DNA of 36,487 nucleotides from positions 1-36,487 of the forward strand of contig CAZBTT010000001.1 in assembly GCA_964494295.1 (NCBI GenBank), read 5' to 3'. Each line of letters starts with the position of its first letter. The stretch's first letter is position 1. A program made the translations under genes and the position numbers. Source of the stretch: an uncultured Acidobacteriota bacterium (GTDB taxonomy: Bacteria > Acidobacteriota > Vicinamibacteria > Fen-336 > JAGNNV01). Under the pieces are notes generated by a model that ran no database searches, was not told the DNA's origin, and saw only the letters and a list, made by a program, of their open reading frames with translations. Below are positions 18,171 through 25,110 of the stretch, piece after piece.

Positions 18171-18899
18171 ATGTTTCGAAGCACTTTGGTGGCGCTCGTT
18201 GCGATCTCGGTGTGGAGCCCTGCCGTCGCCGCCGACGATCTGAGCCAGACCCTTCTTCTTTCGCAACGCCATCACGATCCGAGCGGCGTCTGGTTCAAGT
18301 CGCGGATCCGTCTCACCATCGAGGAAGTCCGCGCGGATGGCTCGTCGCGAACCAGCCTCGTGGTAATCGACAACCCGGGTTCGGCCTTCGAGCTCAAGAC
18401 CCGTCGCGACAACCGGCAGATCGTGATGAGTGTTTTCCGCGAGAAGAGTTCGGCGTCCCTCGACGGACGGCTGGACTTCTCGAAGGAGGAGGCCACGAAA
18501 TACGGCCTCACCACGGAGGGTGTCCAAAGACGGCGCAACTACTACAGCTACCTCTACGGTCTGCCCATGAAACTCAGCGACCCCGGCGCGATTCAGGGCA
18601 TCCCCGTGCCCATCGCGAAGTACGAGGGACGCACCTATCGAAAGATTCGGGTGACCTACGACCCCAAGGTCGGCGGCGACGTCTGGGACTTCTTCTTCGA
18701 TCCGAAGACGAATGCGCTTTCCGGCTACCGCTTCTTCCACGACGAGGCGAAGGGCGACGGTGAATTCATCACGCTTGAAGGTGAGATTGCCTGTGGCGCG
18801 GGGGTCAGGCTTCCGAAGTCGCGCTCGTGGTTCGTGCACAAGGACCGCAAGGCCCTTGGCAAGGACACGATCACTGCGTGTTCGGTGGAAACGCCCTGA
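18171..18899 (+). CDS. Hypothetical secreted protein
   Basis: The start is an internal ATG of ORF 17340..18899, preceded by GGGAGGG. It has a signal peptide (MFRSTLVALVAISVWSPAVAADD). I recognise no family. Confidence 0.6.
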   Translation: MFRSTLVALVAISVWSPAVAADDLSQTLLLSQRHHDPSGVWFKSRIRLTIEEVRADGSSRTSLVVIDNPGSAFELKTRRDNRQIVMSVFREKSSASLDGRLDFSKEEATKYGLTTEGVQRRRNYYSYLYGLPMKLSDPGAIQGIPVPIAKYEGRTYRKIRVTYDPKVGGDVWDFFFDPKTNALSGYRFFHDEAKGDGEFITLEGEIACGAGVRLPKSRSWFVHKDRKALGKDTITACSVETP

Positions 18900-18918
18900 G
18901 AACGCCGACGCGCCCCCT

Positions 18919-20328
18919 CTACTGGCGGGGCAGGGGAGTGGGGAGATCCGCCACGACGTAGGCGAGGAACGCGATCGCGGCCGCGTTGTCAGCGAGGGCC
19001 TTGGGGTCCAGCTTGTCCCCGGTGTCGGCGTGGGTGTGATGGAGGAGGAAGTACTTCGAGTTCTCGGTTTCAAGACTCGCGGAGGGAATCTTCGCGGCGG
19101 CCACCGAGGGACCGATGTCAGCGCCGCCGCCCTGCGGCCCGATGATGTCGGCGCCAAGGGGCTTCAGGAGTGACACGATCTCGGTCAGCGTCTTCCTCGC
19201 CGCGTCCGCGCCCGTGAAGCCGAAGCCTCGCGCCCGGAAAACCCCGGCATCCGATTCGAGAGCGAGGACGTGTTTGTCGAGTTCGGCCCGGTGCGCGTCG
19301 CGATACGCGTTGCCGCCGGCGAGGCCATTCTCCTCATTGGTGAAGAGCACCACGCGGATCGTGCGCTTCGGTTTGAGGCCGAGGTTCTTGAGGAGCCGCA
19401 GCGCCTCCCAGGTGACGACACAACCGCCGCCGTCATCCATGGCCCCTGTGCCCACGTCCCACGAGTCGATGTGGCAGCCCACGAGCACCACCTCATCCGC
19501 CTTCTCCGTGCCCCGCAGTTCACCGACGAGGTTTGCCGAGGGAGCGTGATCGAGGAAACGCGCGTTCATCTTGAGACGCAGCACGACCTTCTGCCCGCGC
19601 TTGACCATGCGATCGAAACGGTCGGCATCTTCAGTCGGGATCGCCGCGGTAGGGATCTTCGGCGCGCCTTCCTCGTAGCGCATGCCGCCGGTGTGGGGTG
19701 TCCTCAAACCCGGAAGTCCTACCGACCGAACGAGGGCGGCCACCGCGCCGACCTTCGCCGCGGCCGAGGCGCCGCCGCCGCGGTAGCGCACGGTTTCGCC
19801 GTAGTTCGTGTAGAGGACGTTGAAGAGCACGATCCGTCCGCGCGCTTCGTCCTTGCGTGCGTTCAGTTCGTCGTAGGACGACACGACCATCAACTCGCCT
19901 GAGACGCCTTCGGGGCGCGTGCTGACGCTGCCGCCGAGGCCGAGGATCGGCACCGCATTCGGAAACGGTTCGACGATTTCAAGGCTCTCTTCGCCGCGGA
20001 CCCAGTGCGGCGCCATCACCGGTTCGAGCCGCACATTTTCGAGGCCGTCCTTCTTCATCTCGGCCTCGGCCCAGCGAAGTGTGGCGTCGAGGTTCGCCGA
20101 ACCCGTGTGGCGCGGCCCGAAGGTGTCGGTCATGAAGGCCAGCCGATCCCACGCAAAGCTCCCTCCCGCATCCTTCGCGGTGGCGATGAGGCGGTCGGCG
20201 ACCGGCTGATAGGTCGCGAGCCACGCGGGTGCGGCGGCTGCGCCTGCCTTCGGTTTCTTCGCCTGGGCCCAGGCGGGGCTCGAGCAGGCGAAGGTGGCGA
20301 TCAGGAACGAGAGGGAAAGTCGGCGCAC
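18919..20328 (-). CDS. Exported M28-family metallopeptidase (carboxypeptidase-Q-like)
   Basis: 469 aa with a signal peptide (MRRLSLSFLIATFACSSPAWAQA). The zinc-ligand regions are ...VVLVGCHIDSWDVGTGAMDDGGGCVV... and ...VVLFTNEENGLAGG.... Confidence 0.85.
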   Translation of the reverse strand: MRRLSLSFLIATFACSSPAWAQAKKPKAGAAAAPAWLATYQPVADRLIATAKDAGGSFAWDRLAFMTDTFGPRHTGSANLDATLRWAEAEMKKDGLENVRLEPVMAPHWVRGEESLEIVEPFPNAVPILGLGGSVSTRPEGVSGELMVVSSYDELNARKDEARGRIVLFNVLYTNYGETVRYRGGGASAAAKVGAVAALVRSVGLPGLRTPHTGGMRYEEGAPKIPTAAIPTEDADRFDRMVKRGQKVVLRLKMNARFLDHAPSANLVGELRGTEKADEVVLVGCHIDSWDVGTGAMDDGGGCVVTWEALRLLKNLGLKPKRTIRVVLFTNEENGLAGGNAYRDAHRAELDKHVLALESDAGVFRARGFGFTGADAARKTLTEIVSLLKPLGADIIGPQGGGADIGPSVAAAKIPSASLETENSKYFLLHHTHADTGDKLDPKALADNAAAIAFLAYVVADLPTPLPRQ

Positions 20329-20400
20329 GGGAACTCCTTCAAGGTAGTGGTCGAGGCCCGCAAGCCTAGCCCACCTCCCGAAGCGCGCGCCTCCCGTGGG

Positions 20401-21105
20401 CTACCCGGCCAGGTTCTGCGAAGCGAACTCCCAGTTGAGCAGTTTGTCGAGTACCGCGGCGACGTAATCCGCCCTCTTGTTCTGGAAGTCGAGGTAGTAG
20501 GCGTGCTCCCAGACGTCGAGAGTGAGAAGGGGCTTCGCCGCGGTGGTGAGGGGCGTCTCGGCGTTCGGCGTCTTCGTGACCTTCAAGACACCGCCGTCGC
20601 TCACGAGCCAGGCCCAGCCCGAACCGAACTGACCCATCGCCGCGGCCGCGAACTGCTCCTTGAACTTCGCCATTCCTCCGAAGTCCTTCTCGATGCGGTC
20701 CGCGAGGTCCTTCGAGGGGGAGGTGGATTTGGGCGACATCGAGTTCCAGTAAAACGTGTGGTTCCACACCTGGGCCGAATTGTTGAAGACGCCGGCCTTG
20801 TCGGCCTTGCCCGCGGTCGCGCGCACGATTTCCACGAGCGACTTCTCCGCCAGGTCGGTGCCGGCGATCAGTTTGTTCAGGTTGTCAACGTACGTCTTGT
20901 GATGTTTCCCGTAGTGGAACGAGATGGTGTTCGAGGAAATGGTCGGGGCGAGAGCGTTGTCTTCGAAGGGGAGTTTGGGGAGTTCGATGGGCATGGTCTT
21001 CCTTTGGGTTGCGCCCGCGGCGGTTTGAGCGACGGAGGTCGCGGCGAGAGCCGCCATCGTGGTACCGCCGGCGGCCGCGAGAAACGAACGGCGAGCTGCT
21101 GTCAT
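20401..21105 (-). CDS. sodB: Fe-type superoxide dismutase with an N-terminal twin-arginine (Tat) signal peptide
   Basis: 234 aa. [14 protein letters not shown]...AQTAAGA is a Tat-type leader. The canonical SOD N-terminus [17 protein letters not shown]...FHYGKHH follows, then [16 protein letters not shown] (Fe-SOD type; compare E. coli Sod[16 protein letters not shown]) and [13 protein letters not shown]. Confidence 0.9.
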   Translation of the reverse strand: MTAARRSFLAAAGGTTMAALAATSVAQTAAGATQRKTMPIELPKLPFEDNALAPTISSNTISFHYGKHHKTYVDNLNKLIAGTDLAEKSLVEIVRATAGKADKAGVFNNSAQVWNHTFYWNSMSPKSTSPSKDLADRIEKDFGGMAKFKEQFAAAAMGQFGSGWAWLVSDGGVLKVTKTPNAETPLTTAAKPLLTLDVWEHAYYLDFQNKRADYVAAVLDKLLNWEFASQNLAG

Positions 21106-21123
21106 GGACTCAATTCTGAGTCC
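21106..21123. repeat. Inverted repeat abutting the annotated sodB start codon
   Basis: GGACTCA-ATTC-TGAGTCC has 7-bp arms and a 4-nt spacer. It occupies the 18 nt immediately 5' of the sodB ATG on the minus strand, where a ribosome-binding site would be expected. Confidence 0.35.
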
Positions 21124-21219
21124 GGGACGGCGTCCGACCCAACTGCGATGGCGGTTCGAGGAGCAGACGCAGAATACGCGACGAAAGCCAAGGCGGTGAT
21201 CCAGAGCCAGGATCAGGCT

Positions 21220-21759
21220 TCAACCGAGGCGTCGGACGAGCCGGGCCGGCGTCCCTGCAACGAGACTGCACGCCTCCACGTCTTCCGTCACCACGGCGCC
21301 CGCGGCCACGAACGAGCGCTCGCCGATCCGAACACCCGGAAGCAGGGTCGCCCCCGCTCCGACGAAGCACCCGCGCTCAATGGTGACGGATGCCGACGAC
21401 GCAGGGAAATGTACTTGCAGCGGGTGATCGCCGTACCCCACGTTCGTGTGCGTGAGGATCATCACCCTCTCCGCGAGCGTCACTTGCTCCTTCAGGTGGA
21501 TGCCCTCCGCCAAGTCCAGCAGACACTCGTCGCCGATGAAGCACTCCTCGCCGATGGTCAGACCCTTTAGGCCTCGTCGGTAGAGGTTGAAGAACCGGGT
21601 GTCATGCATGACAACGCGTTTGCCAATCCGCGCGCCGTACAACCGCAGCAGGCCGACCCGAACCGGTGGAAAAAGAGCCAGCCGGTAGGGAACCATCGCC
21701 AGGGTCATGAACCCGAACCGCCAGATCTTTCGCCAGCCGACTTCCCGTGCGGCCTTCAT
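21220..21759 (-). CDS. Hexapeptide-repeat (left-handed beta-helix) sugar O-/N-acyltransferase (WbbJ/WcaF-like)
   Basis: 179 aa. Imperfect hexapeptide repeats are present (...IGEECFIGDECLLD..., ...IERGCFVGAGATLLPGVRIGERSFVAAGAVVTEDV...), and the C-terminal ...LVAGTPARLVRR is typical of the family. Confidence 0.75.
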   Translation of the reverse strand: MKAAREVGWRKIWRFGFMTLAMVPYRLALFPPVRVGLLRLYGARIGKRVVMHDTRFFNLYRRGLKGLTIGEECFIGDECLLDLAEGIHLKEQVTLAERVMILTHTNVGYGDHPLQVHFPASSASVTIERGCFVGAGATLLPGVRIGERSFVAAGAVVTEDVEACSLVAGTPARLVRRLG

Positions 21760-21913
21760 CGTTCTCGGGCCAGAGTAGCGCGAAAGCGAATGAGCCCACT
21801 GGGGTAGTCGAAAGAGTTGCGGAGGCCGCTCACCGTGGAAGGCTTGTCCTCGCGGCGGACATACGCCTGAGCAGCTGTCGAACGAGCCAGGATGACGCTT
21901 AGACCCGGCTCGT

Positions 21914-23053
21914 TCACCCCTTTGCCTCTCCCTGGCGCCGCACCGTGTCGATTACCCGGTCCACTTCATTGTCGGTCATCTGGGGGTACAAGGGCAGCCG
22001 GAGCAGCCGGCCGGCGATTGAATCCGTGCACGGAAGGGGTGCCGAGGCGCCGATCTTCAATCCGTGAGGCGCGCTATGGAGCGGCACGTAGTGGAACGTC
22101 GCGTATATCTCCGCCTCCCGAAGATGGGCCAGGGCACGGTCGCGCATATCAACGTCTTGGTAGAGGAGGTAGAAGATGTGGTGAGCTGACGCGCGCTCCT
22201 TGAAAGCGCCAGGCAGGCCCACCGCGTTCCCGCGAGCCCAGTCGGCAAGGCCCGCGGCATAGCGCTCGCAGATGGCGGCCCGCCGCCGTTGAATCTCCGG
22301 AAGTTTATCGAGTTGGGCGTCGAGCATGGCCGCGAGCATTTCGGGCAGCACGTAGCTGCTGCCCTCCGCGACCCAGCTGTACTTGTCCACCTCGCCTCTG
22401 AAAAACGCGCTTCGGTTGGTTCCCTTCTCGCGGATGATCTCGGCCTTGCGCGCGAGGTCGCGGTCGTTTAACGCAAGCGCCCCCCCCTCTCCGCAAGTGA
22501 TGTTCTTGCTCTCGTGGAAACTGAAACAACCCGCGTCCCCCAGCGTTCCGAGCGCTCGACCGCGGTAGGCGCCCCCAAGACCGTGCGCCGCGTCCTCAAT
22601 CATGCGCAAACCATGGCGGTGGGCGAGCGCCGACAGGGCGTCCATGTCGGCGCCTGTTCCCGCATAGTGAACCGGCAGAAGGGCCCGCGTTCTCGCGGTC
22701 AGGCGCGTGGCCACGTCCTCAGGATCAAGGCCCAGTGAGCGCGGTTCGATATCCGCAAACACCGGGCGTGCCCCGACCCGCAATATCGCGTTGGCGGTAG
22801 ACGCAAACGTGAACGACGGGCAGATGACCTCGTCGCCCGGACCGATTCCGAGAGCCAGAAGCGCGAGTTCCAGGGCGTGCGTGCAGGAGGTGGTCAGGAG
22901 CACGCGCTCGGCGCCAAGCAACTCCTCCAGTCGTTTTTCCACCGACCGACAGAGCGGACCGTCGCCCGACAAGCGACCTTCAAGGGCTCGAGTGACCCGA
23001 AGGGCCTCGGCGTCACCGATCCAAGGCCGCGAGAGTGGAATTGGGGTGGTCAT
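21914..23053 (-). CDS. wecE: dTDP-4-amino-4,6-dideoxygalactose transaminase (WecE/RffA type; DegT/DnrJ/EryC1 family)
   Basis: 379 aa. ...GRALGTLGDAGCFSFHESKNITCGEGGALALND...AEIIREKGTNRSAFFRGEVDKYSWV..GSSY... and ...FHYVPLHSAPHG...RLLRLPLY... track E. coli WecE closely (GRALGTIGHIGCFSFHETKNYTAGGEGGATLIND...AEIIREKGTNRSQFFRGQVDKYTW). Confidence 0.88.
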   Translation of the reverse strand: MTTPIPLSRPWIGDAEALRVTRALEGRLSGDGPLCRSVEKRLEELLGAERVLLTTSCTHALELALLALGIGPGDEVICPSFTFASTANAILRVGARPVFADIEPRSLGLDPEDVATRLTARTRALLPVHYAGTGADMDALSALAHRHGLRMIEDAAHGLGGAYRGRALGTLGDAGCFSFHESKNITCGEGGALALNDRDLARKAEIIREKGTNRSAFFRGEVDKYSWVAEGSSYVLPEMLAAMLDAQLDKLPEIQRRRAAICERYAAGLADWARGNAVGLPGAFKERASAHHIFYLLYQDVDMRDRALAHLREAEIYATFHYVPLHSAPHGLKIGASAPLPCTDSIAGRLLRLPLYPQMTDNEVDRVIDTVRRQGEAKG

Positions 23054-23160
23054 GGCTCGCCCCGGAGAGCGCTAGGGATGCTAGCACCTGAGCGAAAGCG
23101 CGCTGGGATCGAACGACTGCCGGGCAAACCGCGGTTCGCACGGGCAGGGTTCCTCGGTAC

Positions 23161-23190
23161 AAGGCGCCTTCAGGCAGCGCCCGCTGCCTG
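23161..23190. promoter_or_regulatory. Two adjacent palindromes in the wecE/pilB divergent intergenic region (candidate operator)
   Basis: AAGGCGCCTT (23161..23170) is a perfect 10-bp palindrome. It is followed directly by CAGGCAGCG-CC-CGCTGCCTG (23171..23190), which has 9-bp inverted arms and a 2-nt spacer. The pair lies about 20 nt upstream of a TTGACA hexamer. Confidence 0.3.
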
Positions 23191-23210
23191 GCCGAAGCGG
23201 GCGGGCGGGG

Positions 23211-23244
23211 TTGACAAGAGTCAAGGCGGGGCATGGGCTAATAT
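23211..23244 (+). promoter_or_regulatory. Sigma70-like hexamers upstream of pilB (TTGACA ... TAATAT)
   Basis: TTGACA is at 23211..23216 and TAATAT at 23239..23244. The 22-nt spacer is too long for a canonical promoter. TAATAT ends 6 nt before the pilB ATG, and no Shine-Dalgarno is visible there. Confidence 0.2.
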
Positions 23245-23250
23245 CAGCAA

Positions 23251-25110
23251 ATGCCCGTGAAGATCGGCGAGATGTTGTCCAAAGAGGGACTGATCACGCC
23301 CCAGCAGCTCCAAGAAGCTCTCGCTCATCAGAAACAGAACGGAATCAAGCTCGGACGGGCGCTCGTCAGCCTCGGCTTCGTCAAGGACGACGAGATCACC
23401 GGCCTGCTCTCGCGGCAGTACGGCGTGCCTTCGATCAACCTCGCCACCTTCGACATCGATCCCACCGTGCTCAAGGTGTTGCCGGGGGAGACCTGCCGCA
23501 AGTATCAGGTGATTCCCATCTCGCGCGCGGGCGCCGTGCTCTCCCTCGCGATGAGCGACCCCACGAACGTGTTCGCCATGGACGACATCAAGTTCATGAC
23601 CGGCTACAACGTGGACCCGGTGGTCGCTTCTGAGATCGCCATTGAGGAGGCGATCAATCGGTTCTATGGGAGCGCCCGTTCTCTCACCCTCCGGCAGGAG
23701 GGTGGCCCGCCCAGCTCGGGCGGCGGCGGCGGCCAGCGTCAGGGCGGCGGCATGGGAAAGGCGCCGACCCTCAAGGAAGTCATCGACGGCCCGGCCCTGA
23801 CCTTCGACGACATGGCCTCGGTCGGTCTGTCGGAAGTCGACATCGACGCGATCGGAGACGAGGAAGGCGAAGTCGAAACCCTCAAGACCGAGGAAGACGA
23901 AATCGATCTCGGCGCGCTGTCGCGGTCGTCCGAGGCGGCCCCCGTGGTCAAGCTCGCGAACGTCCTGCTCATCGACTCGCTGAAGCGCGGCGCCTCCGAC
24001 ATCCACATCGAACCCTACGAGAAGGAATTCCGCGTCCGGTTCCGCATCGACGGCATCCTCTACAACATCATGGCCCTGCCCATGAAGCTGAAGGATCCGC
24101 TCACCTCGCGCATCAAGATCATGTCGAAGCTCGACATCTCGGAAAAGCGCCTGCCCCAGGACGGCCGCATCAAGATCCGCCTGAAGATCGAAGACCGCAG
24201 CCGCGAAATGGACTTCCGGGTGTCCTGCCTGCCCACCCTGTGGGGCGAGAAGATCGTCATGCGACTCCTCGACAAGAGCAAGCTCATGCTCGACATGACC
24301 AAGCTCGGTTTCGAGCCGGAGTCGCTCGCGAAGTTCAAGCGCAATATCGACAAGCCCTACGGGATCGTCCTCGTCACCGGACCCACCGGATCGGGCAAGA
24401 CGAACACTCTGTACTCGGCGCTGGCTTCGCTCAACAAGCCGGACATCAACATCATGACCGCCGAGGACCCGGTCGAGTTCAACCTCATGGGGATCAACCA
24501 GGTCCAGATCCGCGACAACATCGGCCTCAATTTCGCGGCCGCCCTGCGGTCGTTCCTCCGGCAGGATCCGAACATCATCCTGGTGGGTGAGATCCGCGAC
24601 TACGAAACCGCGGAGATTTCCACCAAGGCGGCGCTCACCGGACACCTCGTTCTCTCGACCCTCCACACCAACGATGCTCCCTCCACCGTCTCCCGCATGG
24701 TGAACATGGGCATTGAGCCTTTCATCGTCGGTACCGCGGTCAACCTCATCCAGGCGCAGAGACTCATCCGCCGGATCTGCTCGCAATGCAAGGAGGAAGT
24801 CCGCGACGTGCCCGCGAAGGTGCTGCTCGACGTGGGCTTCGAAACGGAGGCGGTGGGCTCGTTCCCGATGTTCAAGGGCCGCGGCTGCGCCACCTGCAAC
24901 GGCACCGGCTACAAGGGCCGCGTCGGCCTGTATGAAGTGCTGGAAATCAACGACGCGGTCCGCGAGCTCATCATGATGGGCGCGAACTCGGTCGAGCTTC
25001 GCAAGAAGGCCATCGAAGAGGGCATGCTCACTCTTCGCATGAGCGGCCTCGAGAAGATCAAGCAGGGGATCACGACGATTGAAGAGGTCCTTCGGGAGAC
25101 TGTTCTCTAG
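23251..25110 (+). CDS. pilB: Type IV pilus assembly (extension) ATPase PilB (GspE/PilB family) with an N-terminal MshEN-type domain
   Basis: 619 aa. The N-terminus, MPVKIGEMLSKEGLITPQQLQEALAHQKQNGIKLGRALVSLGFVKDDEITGLLSRQYGVPSINL, is a T2SSE_N/MshEN domain. It also has Walker A VTGPTGSGKTNT, Walker B/Asp box ...NIILVGEIRD..., His box GHLVLSTLHTNDA, and tetracysteine CSQC...CATCNGTGYKGRVG. Confidence 0.92.
   Translation: MPVKIGEMLSKEGLITPQQLQEALAHQKQNGIKLGRALVSLGFVKDDEITGLLSRQYGVPSINLATFDIDPTVLKVLPGETCRKYQVIPISRAGAVLSLAMSDPTNVFAMDDIKFMTGYNVDPVVASEIAIEEAINRFYGSARSLTLRQEGGPPSSGGGGGQRQGGGMGKAPTLKEVIDGPALTFDDMASVGLSEVDIDAIGDEEGEVETLKTEEDEIDLGALSRSSEAAPVVKLANVLLIDSLKRGASDIHIEPYEKEFRVRFRIDGILYNIMALPMKLKDPLTSRIKIMSKLDISEKRLPQDGRIKIRLKIEDRSREMDFRVSCLPTLWGEKIVMRLLDKSKLMLDMTKLGFEPESLAKFKRNIDKPYGIVLVTGPTGSGKTNTLYSALASLNKPDINIMTAEDPVEFNLMGINQVQIRDNIGLNFAAALRSFLRQDPNIILVGEIRDYETAEISTKAALTGHLVLSTLHTNDAPSTVSRMVNMGIEPFIVGTAVNLIQAQRLIRRICSQCKEEVRDVPAKVLLDVGFETEAVGSFPMFKGRGCATCNGTGYKGRVGLYEVLEINDAVRELIMMGANSVELRKKAIEEGMLTLRMSGLEKIKQGITTIEEVLRETVL

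Noticed and set aside
18132-19157. The N-terminal extension of ORF 17301..19157 (618 aa) upstream of the pirin start, and the analogous extension 17340..18170 of the plus-strand ORF.
   Set aside because: The extensions are low-complexity and each is antisense to a well-supported gene. The internal ATGs give a 276-aa pirin of canonical length and a protein that starts with a clean signal peptide preceded by GGGAGGG.
20369-20401. A GCCCAC...GTGGGC inverted repeat just downstream of sodB, as a rho-independent terminator.
   Set aside because: It has only a 6-bp stem with a ~21-nt loop and no T-tract. I found no canonical intrinsic terminators anywhere in the window.
21140-21160. A GGTTCGAGG T-loop-like string upstream of sodB, as a possible tRNA.
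   Set aside because: I could find no flanking acceptor, D or anticodon stems. It is an isolated hexamer match. No tRNA-like cloverleaf was seen anywhere in the window.
20005-21570. A 521-aa plus-strand ORF spanning the M28, sodB and acyltransferase regions. I treated 9805..11109 (-), 11081..12469 (+), 11823..12881 (-) and 27664..28881 (+) the same way.
   Set aside because: All are antisense shadows of genes with strong family motifs. They are Arg/Gly/Pro-rich and cross gene boundaries of the opposite strand.
23718-23733. A short (GGC)n run inside pilB, as a microsatellite or phase-variation tract.
   Set aside because: It has only about five repeats, is in frame (encoding Gly5), and is a trinucleotide unit that cannot cause frameshifts. 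It is noted only as part of the PilB linker observation.
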